Of a stretch of 64,000 bases of DNA, positions 28,824 through 39,230 are shown piece by piece. Both the position numbers and the translations under genes were made by a program. This stretch comes from an uncultured Roseobacteraceae bacterium (lineage in GTDB: Bacteria; Pseudomonadota; Alphaproteobacteria; Rhodobacterales; Rhodobacteraceae). Where the stretch lies: the NCBI GenBank assembly GCA_964021915.1, contig CAXHZK010000013.1, positions 18-64,017 of the forward strand, in the 5' to 3' direction. How positions within the stretch are numbered: the first letter of the stretch is position 1; each line of letters starts with the position of its first letter. The notes below the pieces were generated by a model. The model saw nothing but the letters and a program-made list of their open reading frames with translations, was not told the DNA's origin and searched no databases.

Positions 28824-30968
28824 TTAGGAAACGTAGTCGTGGTAATAACCCTGATACTTCTGGCTTGATCCAACACGCTCTTCATAGCTTAGAACGCCGA
28901 GAATTGGTGTTGTTTCGTTGACCACGTCACGCAGTTGCCCGATTGACTGACGGATGTCCGATTGTGTGGTTGATGCAAAGCGCGAAACCATCAGGATCAG
29001 GTCAGCCTGGTGGGCAATATAACGCGCGTCGACCACTGGAACGAGAGGAGGGCTATCAATGATGATAATATCAACACGTTCTTTGGAATGCCGCAGCAAT
29101 GTAGAAAACCGCTCTGAAACCAAAAGCTGATCCGTTGGAATATCACTCCGGCCACTGCCCAAAAACATCTGTAGCGACGATTTCGGGTCTTTGGTGAAAA
29201 ACGACGTGTCTGTTTGTTCACCAACGGGTGTGGTCAAAAAGTCCATAAAACCACTGGTTGGTTTTAGACCAAGTTGACGCGCCAAAGAGGGCTTCCGCAA
29301 ATCAGCGTCGATAAGCAGAGTCTTTTTACCCGACATCGCGTAGGTGCGCGCCAATGCCAGCGACGAAGTTGATTTCCCTTCGACCGGAATGGAAGACGTT
29401 ACAAGTATGACCTTGGCCTGCTGTTTGTCGCCGTCTGCTTCGTCTGATTCGACGATAAGACGTAACTCCTGGTCAATGCTTGCGCGCAATTGACGAAACG
29501 CTTCTCCGTATGCAGAAAGCGGTTGTTCGACAATTGCGTCTGCAATGCTCAGATGATCTGCCTCTTGAGATTCGTTTGGAATAGCGGCGGCAACTGGCGC
29601 CTGCAAAATATTAGAAAGCTGTTCAACCGAAGTCACGCCACCAATATAAAACTCATTCGCGAATGCCAGCGCTGTCCCTATGCCCATCGCCGTCATCAAG
29701 GCAATTGCAAGAATGAGCCGGACGTTGGGGGAAGTTGGATTCAAGGGTGGCAACGCCTCAGAAACCACGCGGCTGTCAGCGACTTGAATTCCGGCCTGTG
29801 TTTCAAGATCCGCTAGGCGGCTTAACAATATCTGGTACTGCCTGCGCGATTGTTCTGCTCCCTGCTGCAGTGCATAAATCTCGGCAAGGGTTTCCGAGGA
29901 TAATTCACTGCTCAAAAGAGTTTGACGAATGTCGTTTCGAAAGCCGTCAATGTTTTCATCAGACTGTGCAACTTGGTCTTGAAGATTGCCCAACTGCAAC
30001 GATGCCCGGCGCTCAAGGTTTTGTTCCAATGTTTCCAGAGAGGCGCGTAGATTGAGAGCCAGTGGTGTATCCGCAGCAACTTGACCCAAGCGTTGTTCTA
30101 GCGCGGATCGCTGATCGGCAAGGGCCTGTAATGCAGTGTCCTGGAGGCTATTGGAAAGGCCCTCCCAGTCCTGCGAAGTTAGGTACGACTGCGCAGTTTG
30201 GGCGGTAATCTTTGATTGCAATCTTGTGTCCTGGGCTGCAGAAATTGCGGCCCTTAAGGCGGCAATCGCAGCGTCGCCGCTTTCAGCTTCCAACCGATCA
30301 AGGTTGTCAAAGATGAAGGAGTCGAGTTGCTCTTCGGATAAGGCTAGCGCGCTCTGGGCTGTGGCGACACGCTCTTGCAATACGTCCCGCGATGATAGCG
30401 ATCCACCAACTTTGGCAGCGATTTGACGTTCAATGTATGAACTTGCCATTTCGTTTGCCAGCCGCGCAGAACGCTCAGGGTCTTCTGTCGTTACGCCAAC
30501 GGAAATAATATAAGTGAGGCCAAGTCGCTTAACATCTGTAGCCTTGGAAAATCTTGTCAAAACGCCCTGCAACAGAGCCTTGCCGTCAGCAGGGCTGCTA
30601 TCACGCAGTCCAATGGCTTGCAGTAATCGTTGCTTGGTTGACAGGCTGGGGCCGAATTCCGGATCAGTTATCAGGTTGGCGTCATTGACAACGGCCAATG
30701 ACATGGCCGCAGAACGTAATATTTCGACTTCACTGCCAACGCGCGCATTGAGGCTAGAGTTGCTGAACGAGGATGATTGAGAAGAATCCAGCAAGTTTTG
30801 CTCTGCTGGGTCAACAAGAATAAGGGTCTCTGCTCTGTAAAGCGGTGTGGCTGACAGGACATAAATTAACGCAACCCCGACAATTACCCCCGCTGTAAGC
30901 AGAATCAGCCGATATTGCCTCCGAATAACGGCAACAAAATCTCTTATATTATAGGGGATTTCATCCAT
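28824..30968 (-). CDS. Wzc/GumC-type polysaccharide co-polymerase with tyrosine autokinase domain
   Basis: N-terminal Wzz TM, coiled coil, EAFRQLR, SSIPVEGKST Walker A, IDADLRKP, IIDSPP and Tyr-rich end YQGYYHDY. Confidence 0.92.
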   Translation of the reverse strand: MDEIPYNIRDFVAVIRRQYRLILLTAGVIVGVALIYVLSATPLYRAETLILVDPAEQNLLDSSQSSSFSNSSLNARVGSEVEILRSAAMSLAVVNDANLITDPEFGPSLSTKQRLLQAIGLRDSSPADGKALLQGVLTRFSKATDVKRLGLTYIISVGVTTEDPERSARLANEMASSYIERQIAAKVGGSLSSRDVLQERVATAQSALALSEEQLDSFIFDNLDRLEAESGDAAIAALRAAISAAQDTRLQSKITAQTAQSYLTSQDWEGLSNSLQDTALQALADQRSALEQRLGQVAADTPLALNLRASLETLEQNLERRASLQLGNLQDQVAQSDENIDGFRNDIRQTLLSSELSSETLAEIYALQQGAEQSRRQYQILLSRLADLETQAGIQVADSRVVSEALPPLNPTSPNVRLILAIALMTAMGIGTALAFANEFYIGGVTSVEQLSNILQAPVAAAIPNESQEADHLSIADAIVEQPLSAYGEAFRQLRASIDQELRLIVESDEADGDKQQAKVILVTSSIPVEGKSTSSLALARTYAMSGKKTLLIDADLRKPSLARQLGLKPTSGFMDFLTTPVGEQTDTSFFTKDPKSSLQMFLGSGRSDIPTDQLLVSERFSTLLRHSKERVDIIIIDSPPLVPVVDARYIAHQADLILMVSRFASTTQSDIRQSIGQLRDVVNETTPILGVLSYEERVGSSQKYQGYYHDYVS

Positions 30969-31048
30969 TTTCCGGTACCAACGTAATTAAAAAACTCATC
31001 GCAGCGGATATATCAAGTGGTTCCGTGGTTGAATAGCCTTTGAGCAAT

Positions 31049-31843
31049 TTATGTTTGCAGGAATTTAACCGTTGCATCTTTGTTCAGCCGCGCGGCCGTT
31101 AATACACCACTAAGATATGCTCCGGTGTCGATTGACACTCTGCGACTGGTTTCAAATGGCTCAACGGATGGGACATGGCCATGCACGACGCGCGTTTCTT
31201 CTGTGTCTAGATCCCGCAGAGCAGGCGGACTGTTCGTCCCGGTTAAGTCACTGTCCAAATCCGCAGGTTTGGACCAAAGTAGGTTGTATTCCGTTTGCTC
31301 CGATAGTGGAGCGTGAATGTTGAGGCCGGCGTGGCAAATCAAAAACCCGGGAATTCGCAAACTTACCGGAAAACTGCGTAGCAATTGGATGTGATCGTCC
31401 GGAACAACGGCTGCGATAGACTGCTGGAGTTGACGACGGCCCAAATCTTCAAATCGCTTCCCCTTAGGGGGGAATAGCCCGTATGAATTGAGAGTTTGGC
31501 GGCCGCCATAATCCAACCAAGGGGCATCTGGAAGCGGCTTGTCCAGAAACTTTAAGAACATTTCCTCGTGATTGCCGGCCAGCGCCATTCTGGTGACCTT
31601 TTCTGGAGCCCGCCCTAGAAGCAAGTCGAGCATTTGCGCTGATTTCGGGCCGCGATCAATAAGATCGCCCAGTATGACGATCAAAATTGGTGCGTCAGGA
31701 ACGGTTTCTTGGGCATCGGCAATAATTTTGTCTTCAAGCCTGGAGTATAGCGCAAGACAGCCGTGAACATCGCCAACGACATAAACAAGCGGCGGGCTGT
31801 TGCTCAATTTTAGTCGTTTGCGGTTCAAGTCTGTATTCGACAT
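31049..31843 (-). CDS. PPP-family metallophosphoesterase (Ser/Thr phosphatase-like)
   Basis: GDVHG, GDLIDRG, GNHEE, HAG, HGH, IDTGA; TAATG overlap with upstream gene. Confidence 0.9.
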   Translation of the reverse strand: MSNTDLNRKRLKLSNSPPLVYVVGDVHGCLALYSRLEDKIIADAQETVPDAPILIVILGDLIDRGPKSAQMLDLLLGRAPEKVTRMALAGNHEEMFLKFLDKPLPDAPWLDYGGRQTLNSYGLFPPKGKRFEDLGRRQLQQSIAAVVPDDHIQLLRSFPVSLRIPGFLICHAGLNIHAPLSEQTEYNLLWSKPADLDSDLTGTNSPPALRDLDTEETRVVHGHVPSVEPFETSRRVSIDTGAYLSGVLTAARLNKDATVKFLQT

Positions 31844-33381
31844 TACTTTTGGGTCTCTGGCTCAGATGGCGTCGCCGAACTGGACGATGCTGGGCCTCGG
31901 CCCGAAAGCCCGAAAACCACAATTGCAATAAGCATTATCACATTGGCGGGCATTTCGAGGCTGAAGTCGACTAATGAGTGAACGCTACCAGCGACGAGCG
32001 CACCCAGAGCAGCGAGCGGCATTCCGTAGTCCGTCTCCTGGCGTACGAGGCGCTTGATCAGGCCATAGAAAACGTAACCCCCCAAGATGATTGGCGCGGT
32101 CCCGACGATCAGGCCCAGCTCAACCCAATGCGCCAAATAAGTAGAGTGGGCTCGGTCCCATATGAGCGACATCCGCATTGGCGCATCCTGAACTTGCTCG
32201 AAGGCGATGCGAAAACTATCGAAACCATAGCCCAACAGGGGCCGCTCCGCGATTAAGTCTAGGGCAAGCAAATAGCTTTCAAGTCGGCCTCTGATATTGC
32301 TTTCCAAGAACACGGCCCGTTCCAAAGCGCCGTCGCCCACTAAAATGAACCCAGCGCTCAGAGCAATGAAGCTTCCAGCAAAACTTACAATAAATATAGA
32401 CCTCCAAGAGATGTCATGTTTACGTAGTCCGGCAATCAGAATAACGAAAGCGCCCAATAGTCCGGCCACTAAGCCCATGCGTGATTGTGTCCCAAGAAGA
32501 GCAACAAAAATAATGGCCAAGCCGATCCATTGTGGCATGCGCTCAACAGTTTCTGGGCTGATTAACGGACGAACGCGATTTTTGCGCTGCTGCGGAAGGC
32601 TGCTCTTGTCCAGCTGCAAGGCCAGCCCAATACAGGCGCCCATCGCCAAAAACGTAGCAAAAGAATTTCGGTTGATGAAAACACCTGTAACAGAGCCAAG
32701 GTAATACTCTTTTTCGCCCCAAAAATGGATATCACCAAGCATCCGTAATGCGACGAGGCCCCAAAGCGCGTGCGCAACGACGCCCCAAAAAATCCAGACA
32801 CCAAATCTTTTTGCTCTTGGTTGATGGCCGACTGCCTCAAACGCCAAAATCGCAAAGATGATGTAACCGGCATAGCGTAGGGCAGCAGTTGTACTGGCAC
32901 TTGGTGCAAGGCTGATGGTCGACATTGTCAGTTGTAGTTGATTGACCTGATTAAATGGACCTTCAAAAAAAGGAACGTCAAACATTGGCCCTACAGGGAT
33001 GGATTGAACCAAGGCGAAAATTGGAACGATCAAAGCAATAGAGATGAGCTTCCATTGTCCGTAGCTGCGCAATGTTCTTTGGGAGTCGAGCTGATATGAA
33101 CGCATCAGGTAGGCAAGCAACGACAACGAAATTACCCCGGTAAAAAGCAGCCAAAAGACCGGTCGGTTCATGCCGATTGGGATAGCAGAAACTACGGCCA
33201 AGAGTGCGACATAGCCACAGGCAAATTTGTTGGTGGCGCGCAAATTGCTCGTGTTTCGCGGCGCTGCTTTCGTTGAGGGCTTGGACTTTGTTCCGGGTTT
33301 ATGGCGAGAATCCCGAGGCGCGGGTGCCGCTGGACCACCAAGCAACTCGTCGCTTTCAAAGTCAAAAAAATTATCGCTCAT
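31843..33381 (-). CDS. O-antigen ligase/Wzy-like membrane protein
   Basis: Multi-TM; GVFINRNSFATFL, TQSRMG, PLLGYG, HSTYL, HSLVDF. Confidence 0.88.
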   Translation of the reverse strand: MSDNFFDFESDELLGGPAAPAPRDSRHKPGTKSKPSTKAAPRNTSNLRATNKFACGYVALLAVVSAIPIGMNRPVFWLLFTGVISLSLLAYLMRSYQLDSQRTLRSYGQWKLISIALIVPIFALVQSIPVGPMFDVPFFEGPFNQVNQLQLTMSTISLAPSASTTAALRYAGYIIFAILAFEAVGHQPRAKRFGVWIFWGVVAHALWGLVALRMLGDIHFWGEKEYYLGSVTGVFINRNSFATFLAMGACIGLALQLDKSSLPQQRKNRVRPLISPETVERMPQWIGLAIIFVALLGTQSRMGLVAGLLGAFVILIAGLRKHDISWRSIFIVSFAGSFIALSAGFILVGDGALERAVFLESNIRGRLESYLLALDLIAERPLLGYGFDSFRIAFEQVQDAPMRMSLIWDRAHSTYLAHWVELGLIVGTAPIILGGYVFYGLIKRLVRQETDYGMPLAALGALVAGSVHSLVDFSLEMPANVIMLIAIVVFGLSGRGPASSSSATPSEPETQK

Positions 33382-33390
33382 GATTTCAGT

Positions 33391-33897
33391 TTATCCCTGT
33401 CGACGCACTGCTTTTAAGAAATTAAGCTGTAGTTCCGGCGCGAGTGTTTCAACCCAAGCGACTATATTGTCGTGATAGTCCGCGTGCTTTTTCAGCAATT
33501 TGGCAACTGAATTCGGGTCGCCTCCTGCCGACAATAGACGCTCCACATCTCTTAACGCCATTTCATTCAGGCCGTCATAAGAATTGATGAGACCAGTTTG
33601 AAGCGCGAGATCAATGCGACGGACTGCCATCCACTGAATCCTGCGCCCCCACACCTCGGACATGACCAATGCGTCAGCAGCATTGTTGAAGTCTGCCATT
33701 GATATAAGCGTACCCGCCCTTACCAAATGTGCCACTGACATACTTGGTGATGTGCGCAGCAATTCATTCATGGCGTCAAGACATTGGCTGCTAACGCGCG
33801 TTTTGACTGTGGCAGGCATTAACTGTGAAATTGAACTGCTTAGTGCACCATTACAGCCCAGCGCGACGGAATATTTCCCTTCGATTGTTTCTGACAC
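33391..33897 (-). CDS. Hypothetical protein co-oriented with the EPS module (start uncertain, possibly 5'-truncated)
   Basis: 168-aa ORF from GTG, ending 9 nt before the ligase start; helical, with two Cys and a TPR-like segment; overlaps the 5' end of the divergent sugar transferase. Confidence 0.6.
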   Translation of the reverse strand: MSETIEGKYSVALGCNGALSSSISQLMPATVKTRVSSQCLDAMNELLRTSPSMSVAHLVRAGTLISMADFNNAADALVMSEVWGRRIQWMAVRRIDLALQTGLINSYDGLNEMALRDVERLLSAGGDPNSVAKLLKKHADYHDNIVAWVETLAPELQLNFLKAVRRQG

Positions 33898-34528
33898 CAG
33901 CCCCCGAAAGAATCAAATCTACCGGAGCCTAGGTAAGCGCGCTTTGGATGTTGCAATCACGCTGGTTATTATTTTACCGGTTACGTTGCTGTTGGCGGTT
34001 CTGGTCATTTTGGCGCGCCGTGATGGTGGCCCCGGTTTTTATGCCCAAGAGCGTGTTGGCCTGAACGGCCAAACTTTCAAGTGTCTTAAATTGCGCACTA
34101 TGGCCGTCGACGCAGAAGACCGGCTCAAAAAACTGTGTGAAGAAGACCCCGCCGTCGCGCTGGAATGGCAAAAAAACCAAAAACTGGAAAATGATCCGCG
34201 TATTACTCGTTTAGGGCGCATCTTGCGCGCAACGAGCCTTGATGAGCTACCGCAAATTTACAATGTCCTTCTGGGCCAGATGAGCCTTGTCGGTCCACGG
34301 CCGTTTCTCCCATCTCAAAATGACCTGTATTGGCAAGCGGGCGGACGGGCTTATTACCACTGCCGTCCCGGAATTACAGGACCTTGGCAGGTTGAGGGAC
34401 GAGGCCAAACCAGCTTCCTAAGCCGTATTGAATTTGATGAGAACTACCACAGCAACCTGTCTTTCGGTGGAGATATCGCGCTAATGTGCAAGACGGTGTT
34501 GGTTGTTCTAAAGCGGACAGGTCACTAG
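33770..34528 (+). CDS. Priming sugar transferase (polyprenyl-phosphate phosphoglycosyl transferase); start uncertain
   Basis: KRALD, AQERVG, FKCLKLRTM, DPRITRLG, SLDELPQ, SLVGPRP, PGITGPWQV. Confidence 0.88.
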   Translation: MASRHWLLTRVLTVAGINCEIELLSAPLQPSATEYFPSIVSDTSPRKNQIYRSLGKRALDVAITLVIILPVTLLLAVLVILARRDGGPGFYAQERVGLNGQTFKCLKLRTMAVDAEDRLKKLCEEDPAVALEWQKNQKLENDPRITRLGRILRATSLDELPQIYNVLLGQMSLVGPRPFLPSQNDLYWQAGGRAYYHCRPGITGPWQVEGRGQTSFLSRIEFDENYHSNLSFGGDIALMCKTVLVVLKRTGH

Positions 34529-34610
34529 CCATTTTCGGCAAGAATATTGCCCCAAGACCTTGTAACAAAACAACAATCATCACTGTTGGATTGCCACTCA
34601 TCACGTTCTG

Positions 34611-34636
34611 ACCAACACGATGCCTCGTGTTGGTTT
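34611..34636 (+). terminator. Hairpin between sugar transferase and ctpA
   Basis: accaacacga-tgcc-tcgtgttggt followed by tt. Confidence 0.65.
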
Positions 34637-34691
34637 CCTGCATATCATCGGGCATTTACACGAGATTGTGCGTTTGCCTAACGCCGCGCCT

Positions 34692-36032
34692 CTATTTACT
34701 CGGCCCAAGCGCGTTCAACCCCTTTAGAATATCAATTGCATAGGCAAGCTGATAATCATCCTCGCGCAATGCGGCTGCGGATTCTGCACGCTCCCGATCG
34801 GCTTCGATTTGCCTAATCTCTTCTTCGGTAAGGCTGTCGTTATCCAGTGACCCGCGCAAATCCGCTTCGGACCGTATGCGCGGTGTGTCCTCATCTACGT
34901 TTTCTTCAACAGGCTCTGGCCGCGGCTGTGGGACGATGATGTCAGGTGAAATACCCAGCGCCTGAATCGATCGACCTGACGGCGTATAATAGCGGGCAGT
35001 TGTTAGCCTCATCGCGCTATCACCTTTCAACGGGACAACAGTCTGCACTGAGCCTTTGCCGAACGACTTGGTGCCAACGACAATCGCACGCCTATGGTCT
35101 TGTAACGCACCCGCAACAATTTCCGACGCAGACGCGGAACCGCCATTGATCAAAACGACAATCGGTTTGCCCTGCGCCAAATCACCCGGTTGTGCTGTAA
35201 ACCGATCTCCGTTGACAACTGACCGACCGCGGGTGGACACAATTTCTCCTGCATCCAAAAACGCATCGGACACGAATACAGCTTGATTTAGCAAACCACC
35301 CGGATTGTTGCGCAGATCAAGAATGATCCCGTCGACATTTTCAATGCCACCAGCCTCGGCCGCTTGTGCTTTCAGGCCTTCTTCCAAATCGGAAAACGTT
35401 TGATCGCTAAATGTCGCAATCCGCAGAACGATCGCATTGCCCTCGGTCCGGCTTCTTACTGCATCCAGCTTGATCGTGTCACGAATGATTGAAACATCAA
35501 ATGGTTCAACCTCGCCCTCGCGAACGACAGTAATAATAATTTCCGATCCGACAGGGCCGCGCATCAGGTCGACGGCATCGCTAAGCGTCAGGCCAAGCAA
35601 ATTTTCGCCATCAACCGCAGTGATAAAATCACCAGCCAGCATGCCAGCCGCATCAGCCGGAGTGCCATCAATCGGCGACACAACCTTTACCCAGCCTTCT
35701 TCTTGGGTCACTTCAATGCCCAAACCGCCGAACTCACCCCGCGTTTGAACGCGCATATCTGCTGCATCTTCTGCGGATAAAAAGCTGGAATGCGGGTCCA
35801 ATGACGACAACATGCCGTCGATAGCGGCTTCGATCAGATCGGTTTCATCGACGTCCTCAACATAGCCGCTGCGAATGCGTTCAAAAATATCACCAAACAG
35901 GTCGAGCTGCTGATAAACGGTCGCATTTTTCTCTGCGCCTTGCGCCAAAAGTGGGCCTGCAATTTGCGTCGTCACCAAAAGCCCTAATGCGGCACCGCCA
36001 CCAGCGGCGATTATCATTTTTTTCATCAACAT
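34692..36032 (-). CDS. ctpA: S41 carboxyl-terminal processing protease
   Basis: LDPHS, GLGIEV PDZ, DLRNNPGG, SASASEIVAG, GKGSVQ, YYTPSG. Confidence 0.95.
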   Translation of the reverse strand: MLMKKMIIAAGGGAALGLLVTTQIAGPLLAQGAEKNATVYQQLDLFGDIFERIRSGYVEDVDETDLIEAAIDGMLSSLDPHSSFLSAEDAADMRVQTRGEFGGLGIEVTQEEGWVKVVSPIDGTPADAAGMLAGDFITAVDGENLLGLTLSDAVDLMRGPVGSEIIITVVREGEVEPFDVSIIRDTIKLDAVRSRTEGNAIVLRIATFSDQTFSDLEEGLKAQAAEAGGIENVDGIILDLRNNPGGLLNQAVFVSDAFLDAGEIVSTRGRSVVNGDRFTAQPGDLAQGKPIVVLINGGSASASEIVAGALQDHRRAIVVGTKSFGKGSVQTVVPLKGDSAMRLTTARYYTPSGRSIQALGISPDIIVPQPRPEPVEENVDEDTPRIRSEADLRGSLDNDSLTEEEIRQIEADRERAESAAALREDDYQLAYAIDILKGLNALGPSK

Positions 36033-36039
36033 ATTCCTA

Positions 36040-37155
36040 TCAGTTCAACAATGCGAACCACTCAGTTGGGTCAACGGAAACTTGCCCTTCTCTGACCTCA
36101 AGATAAAGGGTCTGCGTGGCTGTATTTGCCGCATTTGTGAATTCTTCGTTCAACTCTATGTCAGATGGGGCGTTTTCCCCGCCCATCAAGCCAATTGGCG
36201 TACCTTTTGGCAAGACATCGCCTGCTTGCCCAAAAACACGCTCCAACCCCGCGATGACTATCAATACGTCGGCTGCGGGCTCTAGAATTACGATTGTGCC
36301 GTAGTCTAACAATTCACCGTGGAACAATAACGTCGCGGCTGCTGGCGCTGTGACCATTGCACGATCACGCGTCGCCACAATGACACCTGGTCTGCTAATG
36401 CCCGCCGCATCTTCGACTTGGTAACCACGGACCACTGTGCCGAGGACAGGTAGGGGTAAATTCCCCTTGTCGGGGCGCGCATCGACAGGCGCCTCACCCG
36501 TTAAGAATGTGCCGGATAACCCGCTGGCAAACCCTTCCAGCGTTTCCGTGCTCGCAATGAGTAAAGCGGTCTGCACCGGATCCTCGGTAAAACGACGTGG
36601 CAAATCATTGCGCTGTGCAATTGCTGTGGACAATGCAGACCGTGCAGTTTGTGCACCTTCCAATCCGTCTCGGAGCGTTTTGACAGAACTCTCTTGCAGC
36701 TGGCGCAGGATTGCTACTTCTTCCAATTTTTGGCGAAGCTCAGCAACGTCCGTCGTCAATGCAGCCGTTACTTCCGAAACCATCATGCCCGATCTCGCGG
36801 TGCCCGTTGGCCCGGATGGATGCAAAAGCAAAAGAGGCGCAGGCGCACTTTCCATTGTCTGAAGAACGCTCAGCAGCCGGCTAACCCGCCCCGATTGGGC
36901 ATTGAGTGTCGCCGCGACGGATTGTTCTCTGATCGCGGCTCGCCGCAGGCCTTCTCTGAGCGCGGCCAGCCCATCTTCATAGGCCCGCACTGTCTGTGTC
37001 AGCGCTGCGACACGGTCACTTGCAACTTGGGCTGCTTGCAGGCTGCGACTGGCATCTTGCAATTGCGCAATCGCGTCGGTCGCACTCTGCGCTGGGGTTT
37101 GTGCCTGCCCAGCCGTCGCACAAAACATGGCGAACCAAAGCAGCCAAATCCTCAT
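36040..37155 (-). CDS. envC: Murein hydrolase activator EnvC family
   Basis: Signal peptide, coiled coil, degenerate M23 domain (LPLPVLG..LYLEVR); usual gpmI-envC-ctpA order. Confidence 0.85.
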   Translation of the reverse strand: MRIWLLWFAMFCATAGQAQTPAQSATDAIAQLQDASRSLQAAQVASDRVAALTQTVRAYEDGLAALREGLRRAAIREQSVAATLNAQSGRVSRLLSVLQTMESAPAPLLLLHPSGPTGTARSGMMVSEVTAALTTDVAELRQKLEEVAILRQLQESSVKTLRDGLEGAQTARSALSTAIAQRNDLPRRFTEDPVQTALLIASTETLEGFASGLSGTFLTGEAPVDARPDKGNLPLPVLGTVVRGYQVEDAAGISRPGVIVATRDRAMVTAPAAATLLFHGELLDYGTIVILEPAADVLIVIAGLERVFGQAGDVLPKGTPIGLMGGENAPSDIELNEEFTNAANTATQTLYLEVREGQVSVDPTEWFALLN

Positions 37156-38660
37156 GTGACGATCAGGCTTTCGCCGGTCATTTCACCGGGCTGATCCAGT
37201 TTCATCAGCGCAAGCAACGTTGGTGCCAAATCCGCCAACCGCCCATCGCGTAACTGCGCAGCATCTGGTCCACCAACTAACGCCACAGGCACGGGGTTTG
37301 TCGTATGCGCTGTATGTGGGCCGCCACTGACGGGATCGATCATCATTTCACAGTTGCCGTGGTCGGCCGTGACGATCATTGCGCCACCAACCTTTTCCAA
37401 CGCCTCGCAAACCTGCCCCAATCCGCGATCCACGGCTTCACAGGCGGCAATAGCTGCATCCAAATCACCTGTATGGCCTACCATATCCGGGTTCGCAAAA
37501 TTGGTGATAATCAAATCGTAACCGTCTGCGATTGCCGCAACAAACGCGTCTGTGACCGCTGGTGCTGACATTTCCGGCTGCAAATCATAGGTCGCCACAT
37601 TGGGCGATTTTGGCATGTATCGATCCTCACCAGGGTAGGGGGTTTCCACCCCACCATTAAAGAAAAACGTCACATGCGGGTATTTCTCGGTTTCGGCTAA
37701 CCGAAACTGACGCAGCCCGTTTTTGGCCACCCATTCACCGAGCGTATTCGCAATGTCGCGCTTTGGAAAAACCGTCTGAAACCAGCCATCGTGCGCGTCA
37801 GAATAGCTCACCATGCCCAACTTGGCCGATAGCACAGGCAACTCTCTCGCGAACCCATCAAATGCAGGGTCGGCAAAGGCGGCTAATATCTCTCTCGCAC
37901 GATCAGAGCGGAAATTCAGGCAAAACAACCCGTCTTCAGTGGCAAACCCATCATAGTCACCGATAACCGTCGCCGGAATGAATTCATCAGTGATATCTGC
38001 TTCATAGGCACGCTCGACCACTTCCAACGGTGTATCAGCCGCGGCACCCTGCCCAAGCGCCATCGCGCCATAGGCCTGTTCTACACGCTCCCAACGGTTA
38101 TCACGGTCCAGCGCGTAATACCGACCCGTCACCGTGGCAATTGTCGCCGTCGCCGGCAATTTATCGGTCAGTGCGGTCAAATAGCTCACCGCACTTTGCG
38201 GCGCCACATCCCGCCCGTCAGTGATGGCATGAATAACAACAGCGATCCCCGCATCGTCCAATATCCGCGCCGCTTCAACAATATGGTCAATATGCCCATG
38301 CACGCCACCATCTGACACAACACCAATCAAATGTGCCCGCCCACCCGACGTTTTCACGCGGGCGACAAATGCACCAATTGCATCGTTCTGGGCAAAGCTA
38401 CCATCCTCAATGGCCATCTCGATCTGGCCAAGATCCATCGGCACGACGCGCCCCGCGCCAATATTGGTATGCCCGACTTCGGAATTACCCATCTGACCTT
38501 TTGGCAAACCCACGTCATTGCCGTGGGTTAACAACTGCGCGTGCGGGCCGCGCATGATCCGGTCAAAATGTGGGGTGTTCGCTTGGCGTGGCGCATTGCC
38601 AGCCTCGTCATCAGACAGGCCCCAACCATCCAAAATGCACAATACAACAGGTGCTGCCAT
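37152..38660 (-). CDS. gpmI: 2,3-bisphosphoglycerate-independent phosphoglycerate mutase
   Basis: ILDGWG, MGNSEVGH, AETEKYPHVT, NPDMVGHTG, ADHGN. Confidence 0.97.
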   Translation of the reverse strand: MAAPVVLCILDGWGLSDDEAGNAPRQANTPHFDRIMRGPHAQLLTHGNDVGLPKGQMGNSEVGHTNIGAGRVVPMDLGQIEMAIEDGSFAQNDAIGAFVARVKTSGGRAHLIGVVSDGGVHGHIDHIVEAARILDDAGIAVVIHAITDGRDVAPQSAVSYLTALTDKLPATATIATVTGRYYALDRDNRWERVEQAYGAMALGQGAAADTPLEVVERAYEADITDEFIPATVIGDYDGFATEDGLFCLNFRSDRAREILAAFADPAFDGFARELPVLSAKLGMVSYSDAHDGWFQTVFPKRDIANTLGEWVAKNGLRQFRLAETEKYPHVTFFFNGGVETPYPGEDRYMPKSPNVATYDLQPEMSAPAVTDAFVAAIADGYDLIITNFANPDMVGHTGDLDAAIAACEAVDRGLGQVCEALEKVGGAMIVTADHGNCEMMIDPVSGGPHTAHTTNPVPVALVGGPDAAQLRDGRLADLAPTLLALMKLDQPGEMTGESLIVT

Positions 38661-38759
38661 CGCCTCGTTCCTCTTCTTTCAATTCATTAACGCAGAATAA
38701 CCAATAGCAAAACCACCCCTATCGGTTTTCTGTGTCCAACAAACTCCCGCCGGAGGCAT

Positions 38760-39230
38760 CTACACCCGATGATAGGGCGATCCCGCAAGGATCGACGCCG
38801 CGCGATATAATTGTTCCGCCAACATCACCCGCACCAACATATGTGGCCAGACCATTGATCCAAACGACAATGCCGCATCTGCTCGGGCTCTGAGTGCCGG
38901 ATCAATGCCATCGGCACCACCAATAACAAACGCGACATCCTGCCTGCCTTGATCGCGCCAACCCGCGAGACGCGCTGCAAAGCGGGGCGAGCTTTCGACC
39001 GTACCACGTTCATCCAGCACACAGATAAGCGCACCGTTTGGAATGGCCCGTGATAGCAATTCGGCCTCTGCCGCCATGCCGCCACCCTTTTTGTCCTCGA
39101 CCTCGATTAACTTCACAGGCCCCAGCGCCAAAGCGCGGCCAGTCTTATCAAATCGCGTCAGGTAATCATCGTAGAGTTCGCGCTCGGGCCCCTTTCGCAA
39201 ACGGCCCACAGCACAAATTTGAACGCGCAT
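38760..39230 (-). CDS. rlmH: 23S rRNA pseudouridine-1915 N3-methyltransferase
   Basis: [34 protein letters not shown]. Confidence 0.96.
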   Translation of the reverse strand: MRVQICAVGRLRKGPERELYDDYLTRFDKTGRALALGPVKLIEVEDKKGGGMAAEAELLSRAIPNGALICVLDERGTVESSPRFAARLAGWRDQGRQDVAFVIGGADGIDPALRARADAALSFGSMVWPHMLVRVMLAEQLYRAASILAGSPYHRV

